Origin: Octopus vulgaris
Taxonomy: Eukaryota
Direction of reading: 5' to 3'
NCBI GenBank assembly: GCA_951406725.2
Contig: OX597830.1
Coordinates: forward strand, 66,154,001-66,218,000
Length of the DNA stretch: 64,000 nt
Shown: piece after piece, positions 1 through 12,500 of the stretch
Layout of the letters: each line of letters begins with the position of its first letter
How positions within the stretch are numbered: position 1 is the stretch's first letter
Made by a program: the position numbers and the translations under genes
The notes under the pieces: model-generated
The model's database searches: none
What the model was told of the DNA's origin: nothing
What the model saw: the letters and a program-made list of their open reading frames with translations, nothing else

Positions 1-461
1 TGTTATTTACAGATGCATCAATTTTGAAACTTATCCTCAAACTGAAAGATTTAATTTTGAACCTCTGTGTGTGAGTTCAAACAGCACAAACATTCAACTT
101 ATCCTATCATTCTTCCAGGATTGGTAGACTTAATCTGTCACCCATTGCAGTGCCATCATCTGGCCATTGGGTCCCTATGGCAGAATCCACTCTCTTGCAA
201 GTATTTGGGACCAGGCCTCTCTTTTATACGATAGCAGACTGTGATATAAGAAAGATTTCATCTCTATTTTCAGGGAACCAAGTGACCATATAGAGCTTTC
301 TCAATAGTTTTTCAGCTACTATGTAGAATATAATGTAATTTAATTAATAGCCTGTTCATCATCATTTCTTGTACTTTGTCAAGAGACATTAATATTGTAA
401 TTAATATCACGCATTCGTCATTGAAATGTTCTGACCTTCTTTTGTTTTCTTTCGTTTCTAG

Positions 462-599
462 ATCATCTTACACCAGAATCCTCTACATCGTATATCCTAC
501 TGCGCCGATGACAAATCAGATAAACGAATGTTCACATTCATTGCCAAAGCCGCTGATTCTAATAAACATTTTTGCTATGTATTTGACAGTGAAAAATGT
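462..599 (+). CDS. GULP1: GULP1 exon (PTB domain)
   Basis: ttctag|ATC...TGT|gtaagt; [46 protein letters not shown]. Confidence 0.95.
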
Positions 600-3500
600 G
601 TAAGTCTGAAAATTTGTGACAAATTTCTACCAAAGCTCAACATTACCTCCATTAACCATTTTGATAACAAACTATCTAAAATCACTTCTTGTTTTATGGC
701 CCCAAAACCATTCAAAGATCATCCAGTAGAACTTGGATGGTCAGTAGAACACACTATGGCTGTGTGGTTAAGAAATTTGCTTCCCAGCCACATGGTTTTC
801 AGTTCAATCCCATTGCATGGTTCCTTGGGTAAATGTCCTCTGCTATAGTCCCAAACTGATCAAAGCCTTGTGAATGGATTTGGTAGGTGGAAAATGAAAG
901 AAGTCTGTCTTTCTGGCCCCTGTGCCGGTGGCACGTAAAAAACACCATCCGATCGTGGCCGTTGCCAGCCTCGCCTGGCCCCCGTGCCAGTAGCATGTAA
1001 AAAGCACCATCTGTCCGTGGCCGTTTGCCAGCTCTGTCTGGCACGTAAAAAGCACCCACTACACTCATGGAGTGGTTGGCGTTAGGAAGGGCATCCAGCC
1101 GTAGAAACACTGCCAGATCAGACTGGGCCTGGCGCAGCCTTCTGGCTTCACAGACCCCAGTTGAACCGTCCAACCCATGCTAGCATGGAAAGCGGACGCT
1201 AAATGATGATGATGATGATATATATATATATATATGTATATATTTATAAATATATATTGTATTAAGGCTTGTTTTTTATGTTTAGTTATAATAAAAACAC
1301 TTTTTTCATTACCTGAAAGGTTCCTTTATACTTCTGTAGAGAACAAATTTATTCTTAAACAAAAATGTTGACAGTGACTTTGAAGTTTTGGCCTGTTAAG
1401 CCAAAGTCACTGTCAACAACATTCTTGTTTAAGAATAAACTATGTATATGTGTATATCATCGTTATCATCATTTAACATCCATTTTCCAAGCTGGCATAG
1501 TTCAGACAGTTTGACAGGAGCTGACCAGCTGAAGGGCTGTTCAGGTTGGCTCCATGTCTAATTTAGAATGGTTTCTATGGCTGGATGCCCTTCCTAACGC
1601 CAGCCATTTTACAGAGTGTACTGGGTGCTTTTATGCAGCACAGGCACAAGTGCTTTTTACGTAGCACCAGCACTTATGAATCCACTAGATTAGGGATGCC
1701 CAACTGGAGTGGGTTTTGCAAGGGACGAGGTTGTATGCAAGGACAACCGTGCTCTTACCTAGCTTGACATGTCTTTACAAGCACAGCAAACCGACAGGAA
1801 TCTCTGTCCCCTGTCATTCCCTCTGTGAGTCCCAATGTTTGTAGGTCCTTTCTCACCACTTCATCCCCCATCTTCTTGGGTCTACGCCTTCCACATGTCC
1901 CCCACTACAATTAAAGATAAGCACCTCTTGATGCAACTGTCTTTGTTTATGGATGGAAGCACTCCGTCGGTTATGACGACGAGGGTTCCGGTTGATCCAA
2001 ATCAACGGAACAGCCTGCTCGTGAAATTAACGTGTAAGTGGCTGAGCACTCCACAGACACGTGTACCCTTAACGTAGTTCTCGGGGATATTCAGCGTGAC
2101 ACAGAGAGTGACAAGGCCGGCCCTTTGAAATACAGGTACAACAGAAACAGGAAGTAAGAGTGAGAGAAAGTTGTGGTGAAAGAATACAGCAGGGATCACC
2201 ACCATCCCCTGCCGGAGCCTCATGGAGCTTTAGGTGTTTTCGCTCAATAAACACTCACAACACCCGGTCTGGGAATCAAAACCGCGAGTCCGCTGCCCTA
2301 ACCACTGGGCCATTACGCCTCCACGGTCTTTGTTTATATGCATTACATGGCCATACCAGAACAGTCTTCTTTCTTGCACACCATCGATTAACATCCATCT
2401 TCCATGCTGGCATGGGTTAGACAGTTCGATGAACTGTCAAGTCAAAGGATTGACTTATGCTTTGGCACAATTTTCTGCAGCTGGATGCCCTTCCTAATGC
2501 CAAGTACTTGCAAAACAAGACCACCTCAACTGAGTAGGGTATAGAATTGAGGGAGGTGAAAGCATGATAGAGAGACATATACACGATGGGCTTCTTTCAG
2601 TTTCCGTCTGCCAAATCCACTCACAAGGCTTTCGTTGGCCCGAGGCTATAGTAGAAGACACTTGCCCAAGGTGCCATGCAGTGGGACTGAACCCAGAACC
2701 ATGTGGTTGGTAAGCAAGCTACTTACCACACAGCCACTTCTGCACCTAGTATTAAAAATCATTTTGTTTTTGCAATGTCAATACTTCCCTACCTTTCCCC
2801 TCTACCTTTTCTCTTGAACTTCATTTTCTTAGACTTTGTTCAATTGTAAGAACAACCAAAATTATGCTGGAACTGTGTACAAAGATAACATTTTCATGTA
2901 ATATCTTTTTTTTTTCTTTTGTTTATACATGGGTTAGATGGGTTTACAAATCAGGATTTGTGTGGTAGTAATTCTGTGTGTTTGTGTGAGCATGTGTTGT
3001 AGGATTTGTGTGTGTTGGTGTATGTGTCGCTGTGAGAGGTCAGTCACAAGTCAGCAGCTGTAGTGAAAAGTGTATGAATGTGTGACTGTATGTGTATATG
3101 TTAGCATGTGTGTGCATGTATACCATCATTATCATATATATATATGTATATGTCTGTGTACAGTTGCATTTGTCCCCAGCATTGCTTGACGACCAGTGTT
3201 GGTTTGTTCACAACCGTGTAACAAAGTGGTTCAGCAAAAGAGAGTGATAGAGTAAGGGAATAAGTATCAGGTTTAAAAACAGAAAAGAAATTCTGGGGTC
3301 AATTTGTTTGAGTAAAAACCCTTCAAGCTGGTACTCCAGCATGGTCACAGTCCAAAGTAAATACAAAGTAGTGAATCGACCATACATTTATTACGTTGAA
3401 CCCAGTGCTTAGTGGCGTCTCTTCCAGCTTCTTATGTTCCCGGTTCAAATCTTGTCAAGGTCGATATTGCCAATCATCCTTTTAGGGTGAAATAAGTAGG

Positions 3501-6500
3501 GTGGAACAAGTAGAAGTCGAACACTGAGGTGGATATAATCAACTATCCTGTTCCCTTAAATTGCTGATTTTGTCTTGAGAAGCCATTATTTTTAAGTATG
3601 AAGTGTTGGCAATATCAGAGTAGTGCAATTGAGAAAGACAGACAGACCAGAATCCTTGAATGGATGTCCACAATCCACCCTCTTTGAACTTCCAACTCCT
3701 TTCTGTCTGTTTTATTACTCAGTATTTTTTTTTTTTTTTTACGTCAAGAGTTCACATGTACAATATTTAACCTTAGAGCTGTGTGTGTGTGTGTGTGTGT
3801 GTCTGTTTGTCTGTCTAAAAGACTAAAATAATCGTTTTACAAAATGACATGTTTCAAACTCTCTGTTGGTTTGTTTAGGTCAATAGATTTTTAATCCAAC
3901 TATTGTTATTCATTTATTTGGTCAGGAGTGGTCACATATTGCAGCTATCATTTCTAGTCTGGTTTTCTCTTTTCTACATTCGTGTTGAGGTAGTTTAGTA
4001 TACTACGACTTTCTTTTTTCAACTGAAGCTACTTTCTTTTCATAACAGCCGCACGGTAACATGAAAAATTGCTGTCTCAATGGTAGTAGTTTAGTATTTT
4101 CTTTATCATTTTAACCTCAACATTGTATAACACTTAAAATGACTAAATTGAAACGGGGTTTTTTGAGGGGGGGGTTTTTTCCACTTCTTATATAATTTTA
4201 CTTTATTTTGTTTTTAAATTAATTTTCCCAACCAATGGAGACCTTGTTTTCTAAAGTAAAAATCCCTTTCATCTTCAGGCTAAAGAAATAACCATGACTG
4301 TTGGTCAGGCGTTTGATTTAGCATATCGAAGATTCGTGGAAACAACTGGCAAAGATATTGATGTTCGTAAACAGTTCCTTCTTTTACAGAAAAAGGTATG
4401 GATTTTTTTTGTTTTTGTTTCTGTTTTCATTATAACTTATTAAGAACAATGTATCCTAAACCTGATAGGTTTTTTGTGATTTCTTTTTTTGTATGGATCA
4501 GCAATTCTCAAATTGTTTGATGAAGCATACTGGTGCATCATCATCATCATCATCATCGTTTAACGTCCGTTTTCCATGCTTGCATGGGTTGGACGGTTCA
4601 ACTGGGGTCTGGGAAGCCAGAAGGCTGCACCAGGCCCAGTCTGATCTGGCAGTGTTTCTACGGCTGGATGCCCTTCCTAACGCCAACCACTCCGTGAGTG
4701 TAGTGGGTGATTTTTACGTGCCACCTGCACAGGTGCCAGACGAGACTGGTAAACGGCCACGATCGGATGGTGCTTTTTACGTGCCACCGGCATGGAGGCC
4801 AGACGAGGCTGGCAACAGCCACAATCGGATGGTGCATCACAAATTATTCTGTCAACCGTAATACTTTTACGTTCACATTGTTTATTGTTTTTGATTCGTC
4901 ATGCATTCTTTTGTAACTTCAAAATTATGATGATGTGATTGTATATATTATAATGGCATTGAAGGATAGGTGTGATAGGCTGGATCTGGCTGGCCAGAAC
5001 ATAAAACAGGGAGCATGTTTGGGCCGGATATGGCCAGTAATTCGAGGCTTTGGAAAATCCATCTTTAAAAACATGTTACTCTTTTACTTGTTTCAGTCAT
5101 TTGACTGCGGCCATGCTGGAGCACCGCCTTTAGTCAAGCAAATTGACCCCGGGACTTATTCTTTGTAAGCCCAGTACTTATTCTATCGGTCTCTTTTGCC
5201 GAACCGCTAAGTGACGGGGACGTAAACACACCAGCATCGGTGTGTTATGTTATTTGTTAAATAATTTGTTAAATTATGTTATTCATAATTTTGTAACACA
5301 CGTATGATTAACCCTTCAGCCATATCTTAAGCTGGCCTTATCCTGCCCAAATATTCTTCTACCTGTTTTTATGTTCAAATTGGCCAGATCTGACTTCTCA
5401 CACATCCCCTTCAATGTCATTCTAAAAATAAGCAGTCACATCATTGAAATCTTGAAGCTGCATACAAGACAATGAATGGTTAATTCAAAAGAATGTGAAT
5501 TAAACTTTACATTTGACAATTGTCTAAATGCTAAAGGGTTAATAGTGACTGTGTGGTAAGTAGCTTGCTTCCCAACCACATGGTTCCGGGTTCAGTCCCA
5601 CTGCGTGGCACCTTAGGCAAGTGTCTTCTACTATAACCTCGGGCCAACCAAAGCCTTGTGAGTGGATTTGGTAGATGGAAACTGAAAGAAGCCCGTCGTA
5701 TATATATGTATATATATATATGTGTGTGTGTGTGTGTTTGTGCGTCTGTGTTTGTCCCCCTAGCATTGCTTGACAACCGATGCTGGTGTGCTTATGTCCC
5801 CGTTACTTAGCGGTTTGGCAAAAGAGACCGATAGAATAAGTACTGGGCTTACAAAAGAATAAGTCCCGGGGTCGAGTTGCTCGATTAAAGGCGGTGCTCC
5901 AGCATGGCCGCAGTCGAATGACTGAAACAAATAAAAAAAAAAAAGTAATTGTTTCTATATTTTTAAACGACAGATATTTTTTGGGGTTTTTTTAAATTTT
6001 TTTTTTAAACCTTCTGTCAAAAAAAAAAAGAAGAAAGGAGATTGAAAACTTTTGATATCGATATTGATTGATTGAAGCTGATGATTTGAAACATCTGTTT
6101 ACCATTTTACCTACTTATTTATTTATTTATTTATTTATTTATTTTCTTAAATCTTTTTTTTTGTGTAACTATTCCCCCCTCTCTCTCTCTCTCTCTTTAA
6201 TATTTCACTCTCTTTCTCTAACTTTCTCTCTAACTCTCACTTTTCATATTTTCAATGAGAAAAGAGGTTCTGTGCAATTTTGAGGATTTGATTTTGTGAC
6301 AATTTCTTTTTATAGTTAGCTAGATTTTTGTGGGTTTTTGTTGTGTTTTTTTGTTTTGTTTTTCACCATTGTGGACTGATTGAGTGTCTTCATTGGGGAT
6401 AGCCATGTCTATGTGATCAAGAAGCTTGCTTTGCACGACACCTTGGGCACTGGACCAACCAATGTCTTGTGAGTGAAATTGGTTGGCGGAAACTCTGGAA

Positions 6501-6507
6501 GCCTGTC

Positions 6508-6538
<31 letters not shown>

Positions 6539-9500
6539 CTCTTGCATCCCTACAACTTAGCAGTTCAGCAGAGCAGACTAATAGAATAATAAAGTACCAG
6601 ACTTTAGAAAAGAATATAAGTACAAGTGTCAATATATATTTCTTTACTACCCACAAGGGGCTAAACACAGAGGGGACAAACAAGAACAGACAAACGGATT
6701 AAGTCGATTACATCGACCCCAGTGCGTAACTGGTACTTAATTTATCGACCCCGAAAGGATGAAAGGCAAAGTTGACCTCAGCGGTCAATATACTCAACTA
6801 AAACCCTCCAAGGTGGTACTTCAGCATAGCCACAAACAAAGGACAAAAAAATTTATTGAGAATAAATTAATGGAGCCATCTTCCTAATGGCTACAGGCTT
6901 GTCTTGGCTCCATATAAAAACAAAATGTTGACCTCGTTTGCTTCAGTAAAATGTGTTTGTATTTTAGTTGAAAAATATATTTCTTTAATGAACATCGTGC
7001 CTCCCAGGACACCTGGATACAGTATTAGTGGTAACCATTTACGTTATAATACTTCAGTCAACTATTCTTTGCTGAGCTTTTCTATAATTAGTCCTATTAA
7101 ATAGGTTGTATTCCATAGCTGAGTGACTTTAGGGTGGGTTTACTTAACTATGCATGATGTTAATTGAGAACAGTGTGCTGTTAACGATTCTATTTTTAGG
7201 AACTTTGCATTCATATTCATTACAGATTCGTGCCTGAATTTAGATCACATGTTTTAAACTTTCGTAAATAAATTTTTAAAATATAAGAGTGTATAAAATG
7301 TTTTTATACACAAAAATGGAGACCACTGACAGGACTCCTTACATGCTAAAAAGGCCAGTTTTTTATGATAGTAAATAAATTTTTTTTTTAATTTAAAAGA
7401 ATTTTTGATTTTTAATTCTTTTAAACATCTGACTTCGGTCATGCTGGAGCACTGCCTTGTCGTGTCAGTGTTAGTCAAATAAACTGATGCCAGTACTTAT
7501 TTTAAAGTCTAGCATTTATTCCATCAGTCTCTTTAACCAAACTATTAACCCTTTTGTTACCATATTTCTGTTGAGATGCTCTATGTTTCTGTCAATTAAT
7601 TTTAAATATAACAAAGAATTTAGTAAAATAACTTAGTTATCATTAAGCTAGTGATAGGAACATAAGTTGTGTCTAAGGTTTGGTTGAAGATTTTAATTCA
7701 GAAGTTTTGGAGACAAGATATTTGTACTACAGAGCCAGAGGCAGTTTCAGGCAGGTTAGTATCAAAAGGGTTAAGTTATGGAGACATGAATTGGTGTCAC
7801 TTGTCAAGTGGTTGGTGAGAAATACAAACACACACATGTGTCAGGTCATTTGTGAGGTCTCTCTTGAGTGATACTGATAACATGGAATCCAATTGCAACC
7901 TGTTGCATGGTCAGGTCATCTCCACTAGGTTTTCCTGGTGAGGTGGGTTGCTAGAAACCCAGAAGGACTAAAAACATTACCTGTCAAAAGGACGGATGAA
8001 CCTAGGGTGGGTTCAACATCTAGCAATAGCACGGGCCCTCAGAAATTCCAAGTTGGTGTCCTGTGTGCTGGAAGACCACTGTGAGTGAGGCACCCCTTAG
8101 TTTTTGTTAAAGCATGTCTCTAGGACCTGCTTCAGACCTCAGCTACATCTGTTTTGATAATCGATGGTGACTTGGTCAGAGAATCCTCTGTAACAGTTGA
8201 TAATTGATGGCAAGGTGAGTGTCCTTCCTGTTGCCAACCCCTCATTTGCTGGATGTCCTTCCAGTTGCCATCCCCTTATTTGCTACCAAGTAAGGTAATA
8301 TTTCCCTATAACCAGATGTGTTTTTTCAGGGTAGACTGGGAACACATGACCTCACTGGTATAATGATGACACAACTATCATGCAATATCAAGAAGAGGCA
8401 TAAACACACACATACACACACATATGCAAATATATATACATGACAAGCTTCTGTTGGCCTGGTGCTATAATAGAAGACACTCACCCAAGGTATCATGCAG
8501 TCAGTGGCTCTTACTTGGCTGCCTAGGATTAAGCTGGCTCACTCTGTCAGTGTCCCAGAGTGTGTATGCATGTGACAGGGGATCACACGTGAACTTGTAT
8601 TTCCACTGAAACAACAAACATGAGTGACGTGGTGAACTAGTACATCAGAGTTTGCTTAACCCATCCCAGGTGAATGCTGTCACTAATACAAGTAAGTAGT
8701 AAGTACACACACACATATAGGTGCAGGTGTAGCTGTATGGTTAACAAGTTTGCTTCCCAACCAAGTAGTCTCCAGTTTTGCCTTTGGGTTGATATTTAAA
8801 AAAAAGACAAACTAAAAGAACGAGCCAAGATTAATTTACATTTTAGTGAAATAAAAGCTGTTTTATCACAACTACTGAAGTATAATTATTGGTTGTAGTG
8901 AATGTTTATCTAAAATATTGTTGACTAGCACTATGACCCGGCAACGCCAGGTCATAGTGCTAGTGCATGCATATACAGCTGTGTGCGTGCACGCATACAC
9001 AAGAGTACTGTCCAAATCTCCGACCAATCACATACAGATAGCTGGCATTCAAATGGTGTATCAAGTTTTGGGCATTTTGATTGGGTTTTGGATAGAAAAT
9101 TCACTAAAAAGTCACTTCTATTGATTTTTTTAATGGCTTTGCAGGGTGACTGGGGAAATGTAAAGATGTGCATGACCACCTTTGGATGGTTTTGAATGGC
9201 CATAGAAAGTGCGAGCTCTCTGACTGAAAAATTGTGGATTTGTATAAAGGACACATACGCAGACATTTTGCCGTTTATATATATAGAGATTTAATTAAGT
9301 CAATTTTGTTTATCCTTTCATTAGGTGAATACTCTACAACAAGAAAATGAAACTTTAAAAAAGAGGATTGTTGACCTGGAAAATCTCAAAGACAAATCTG
9401 ATGTGGATTTCTACAAAAGTGCTAATAATGTAAGAAATTCTATTTAAATTGTTATAAGTTATATTACCATATTTTCTGGCATACAAGTCGAATTTTTCAG

Positions 9501-12500
9501 ACCGAAATTTGCAGCAAAAAAAAAAAAAAAAAAGCAAGTCAACTTATACACATGGCAATTTTGGAGAACCAAAAGTTCCATGTAAAATGCAGTAAGATTT
9601 GCAAAGATAACCACGTCATAACGTTTGAATGTTTATGCTACTCTATATTTATGTTATGTATTTCAAGACAAACACCTTTTTTGTTTTTTTCATTTACCAT
9701 TATTTCATTATTCAGATATTTCGCAGCATGTCTCTTTTCCCATGTCTAGCATGATGCACTTTGAGTTTATCGTTTGTCTAATTTACTGGCATTTCCTTCA
9801 TAGTATTTAAGTAACTAGGCATTATTAAACTGCCAGGACACAGTTGCCTCTCTCTAAGAATTAATCTGTCATTCCACATCTGGTCTCGTAAAACCAAGCG
9901 CCAGATGGGGAATTTCTATGTCAATTCTTTTAGACTGATTGGGACCTGCTGGCACTTTTATATCAATATCTAATATTTGATAGAATACAGTGTTTGACAT
10001 TCAGATACTGTCTATGAAAAGAAAAGAAAATTAATAAACTAAAGTAAAATTCATTAAAAAAATTAATTTAATTAGATAATTGATCAAAACTTAGTAAATT
10101 TGTGAATTTTTAAATTTATATTTTTATTGATTGGTTTTTAACTTTTGCATGGCTTTGCATGATTTCTTGCAATATTGCATGATTTTATTGCTTCTCTCTA
10201 AGAGATGAAGTTACACTGGAATTCACCTTGGTTAACCCAACTTTCTCGGCATGCTAGTCGTATTGTTTGTTTCTTTAGCACTGGCAGCATTGAGAAATAT
10301 TTGTTCAAAATTCAAATTTGCAACTGTTGACTTTCCATAATTGAACAGCAGAATAAAAGAAAAGATGGAACTTTGTACATTCAACCTTACTTCTTGACCA
10401 ACATCTCCACATCCATACATCTGTTGCTGTAGTTTAGTTTAAGAATAGTAAATTAAGCTTTAATTCTGAAGCTAAATATGCTGTTGAAGTCTCAGCACCA
10501 CATGAAACTGTAGCAGCTTTGTTGGGGATAGTTAGAGATCAATGTTTTAACACTGATCATATATGTATATGGAATTTTATTTTAAAAGAAATGTCTAACA
10601 CTTGGTTACTTACTTGTTCAGTAAAAATTTAAAGCAGAATCTGGATTTTTTTTTTTTTAATTTCTACCAAACAAAAAAAAAAAAAGAATCCTTCCATCAC
10701 ATGTCATTTTACTGTAAATTAATTTGGCCGTCTGAAATCCTCCAACTCGCAGATTTTAAACCTTGGCACAGTGGGAACTGTTTCCAGTCCTACGGCTGTT
10801 ACTTCAAACACTGGTGGCATGATTTCTCTGACTTCAGGCAGTACTTCTCCTCCGTATAATAAAGCACCTACCTCACCAACAGATATTTTTTCACCATCCT
10901 CACCAACTGATATCTTTTCACCATCCCCAGTTTCACACACAGTACGAAAGGAGGTAATTTTAAAAACCAGCTTCGCATTGCGATTTCAATATAACTTTTT
11001 TCTAACAACATGGAATAAATGTTGTGCTTTCTTCCTAACACCCGTATGAACTAAACCAGAAAAGAAAATAGATGTGTTTATTAAACCCTTAATAACTCTT
11101 AACATAAAATATTCCTGCTATTTACTAAAAAAGGTTTTGGGATAAAATCATTATTTTTCATTGCTTTATTTGTTTTTACTAAATATTTGAAGCCCGTTCT
11201 TGTAATCTCCCTGCAAATCTAATATTTCCATACGCTTGAAACTGGTTGTCTTATGTGTCTAAAGTAATGCTTACATTATCATATATACATATATCTCTAT
11301 ACTCTTCTACTTGTTTCAGTCATTTTGACTGTGGCCATGCTGGAGCACCGCCTTTAGTCAAGCAAATCGACCCCAGGACTTATTCTTTGTAAGCCTAGTA
11401 CTTATTCTATCGGTCTCTTTTGCTGAATCGCTAAGTTTCAGGGACGTAAACACACCACCATCGGTTGTCAAGCGATGTTGAGGGGACAAACACAGACACA
11501 CAAACATACACACACAAATATATATACATATATACGACAGTCTTCTTTCAGTTTCCGTCTACCAAATCCACTCACAAGGCTTTGGTCGGCCCGAGGCTAT
11601 AGTAGAAAACACTTGCCCAAGGTGCCACGCAGTGGGACTGAACCTGGAACCATGTGGTTGGTAAGCAAGCTACTTACCACACAACCACTCCTACGCCTAT
11701 ATACATATATATAAAAAATGAAAGTTGGACAAGCAAAGCATTTGGCGTTACTTGAGGATATTTACTTTATAATAAAGAGTTCAAATAAAGTATTTATCTA
11801 CCATAACTGTTCTATGTTTTATTTATACTTTATTTGTATTCGTTATTATGAAGTAAATATTCTCAAGTAAGGCCAAATGCTTTGCTTGTCCACCTTCCAT
11901 GTTTTATCTAATTGCACCGGCTGAATCAGGTACCACTGTTAGTCTTTTGTACTTGAAGGTGGAGCTTTAATGGTAAACCAATCTGAGTGCTCAGTGTACA
12001 TACCTATTAACATAGTGTTTATTGATGTATACTCCCTTTCCTTCTTTCCTGAGTGTCCAATAATACTATACGTGTTCCACGTCCTCGTGTTGTTGTGTTT
12101 TCTCTTTGCGTTTTCATGTTTGGATTAACTATATATATATTAAGGGCATTACTATACATAAATGCCTCACATTAAGAGGGACTCTTAAAGTCAAAACTAC
12201 CAGAATAAACACACTGTACCGAATGCAAGGGAATGCAACTCTCGAAGCAAGCCCTTTAAACAGATTCAGTTGCAGATCATATGATTTCATAATAAGTGCA
12301 CAAAATGCACTTTTTTAATCGTCAGTGCAAGCATAATCAAGACAGATTACAATAAAAAAAAATATCAACATACCAGACGAATACAACATGTATCCAGCAT
12401 TGTACATAGAATTGTTCACACTTATATATCTATGGTAAGAGGCGGGCTTTTCGAATTGCATCTTGGTACATGTGTTTATTCAGAATAAAATTCAGCACTG

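Noticed and set aside
799-1173. Recurring ORFs with [21 protein letters not shown] or [11 protein letters not shown] peptides as a gene family
   Set aside because: They are translations of SINE families A and B in varying frames, with no splice structure or consistent start.
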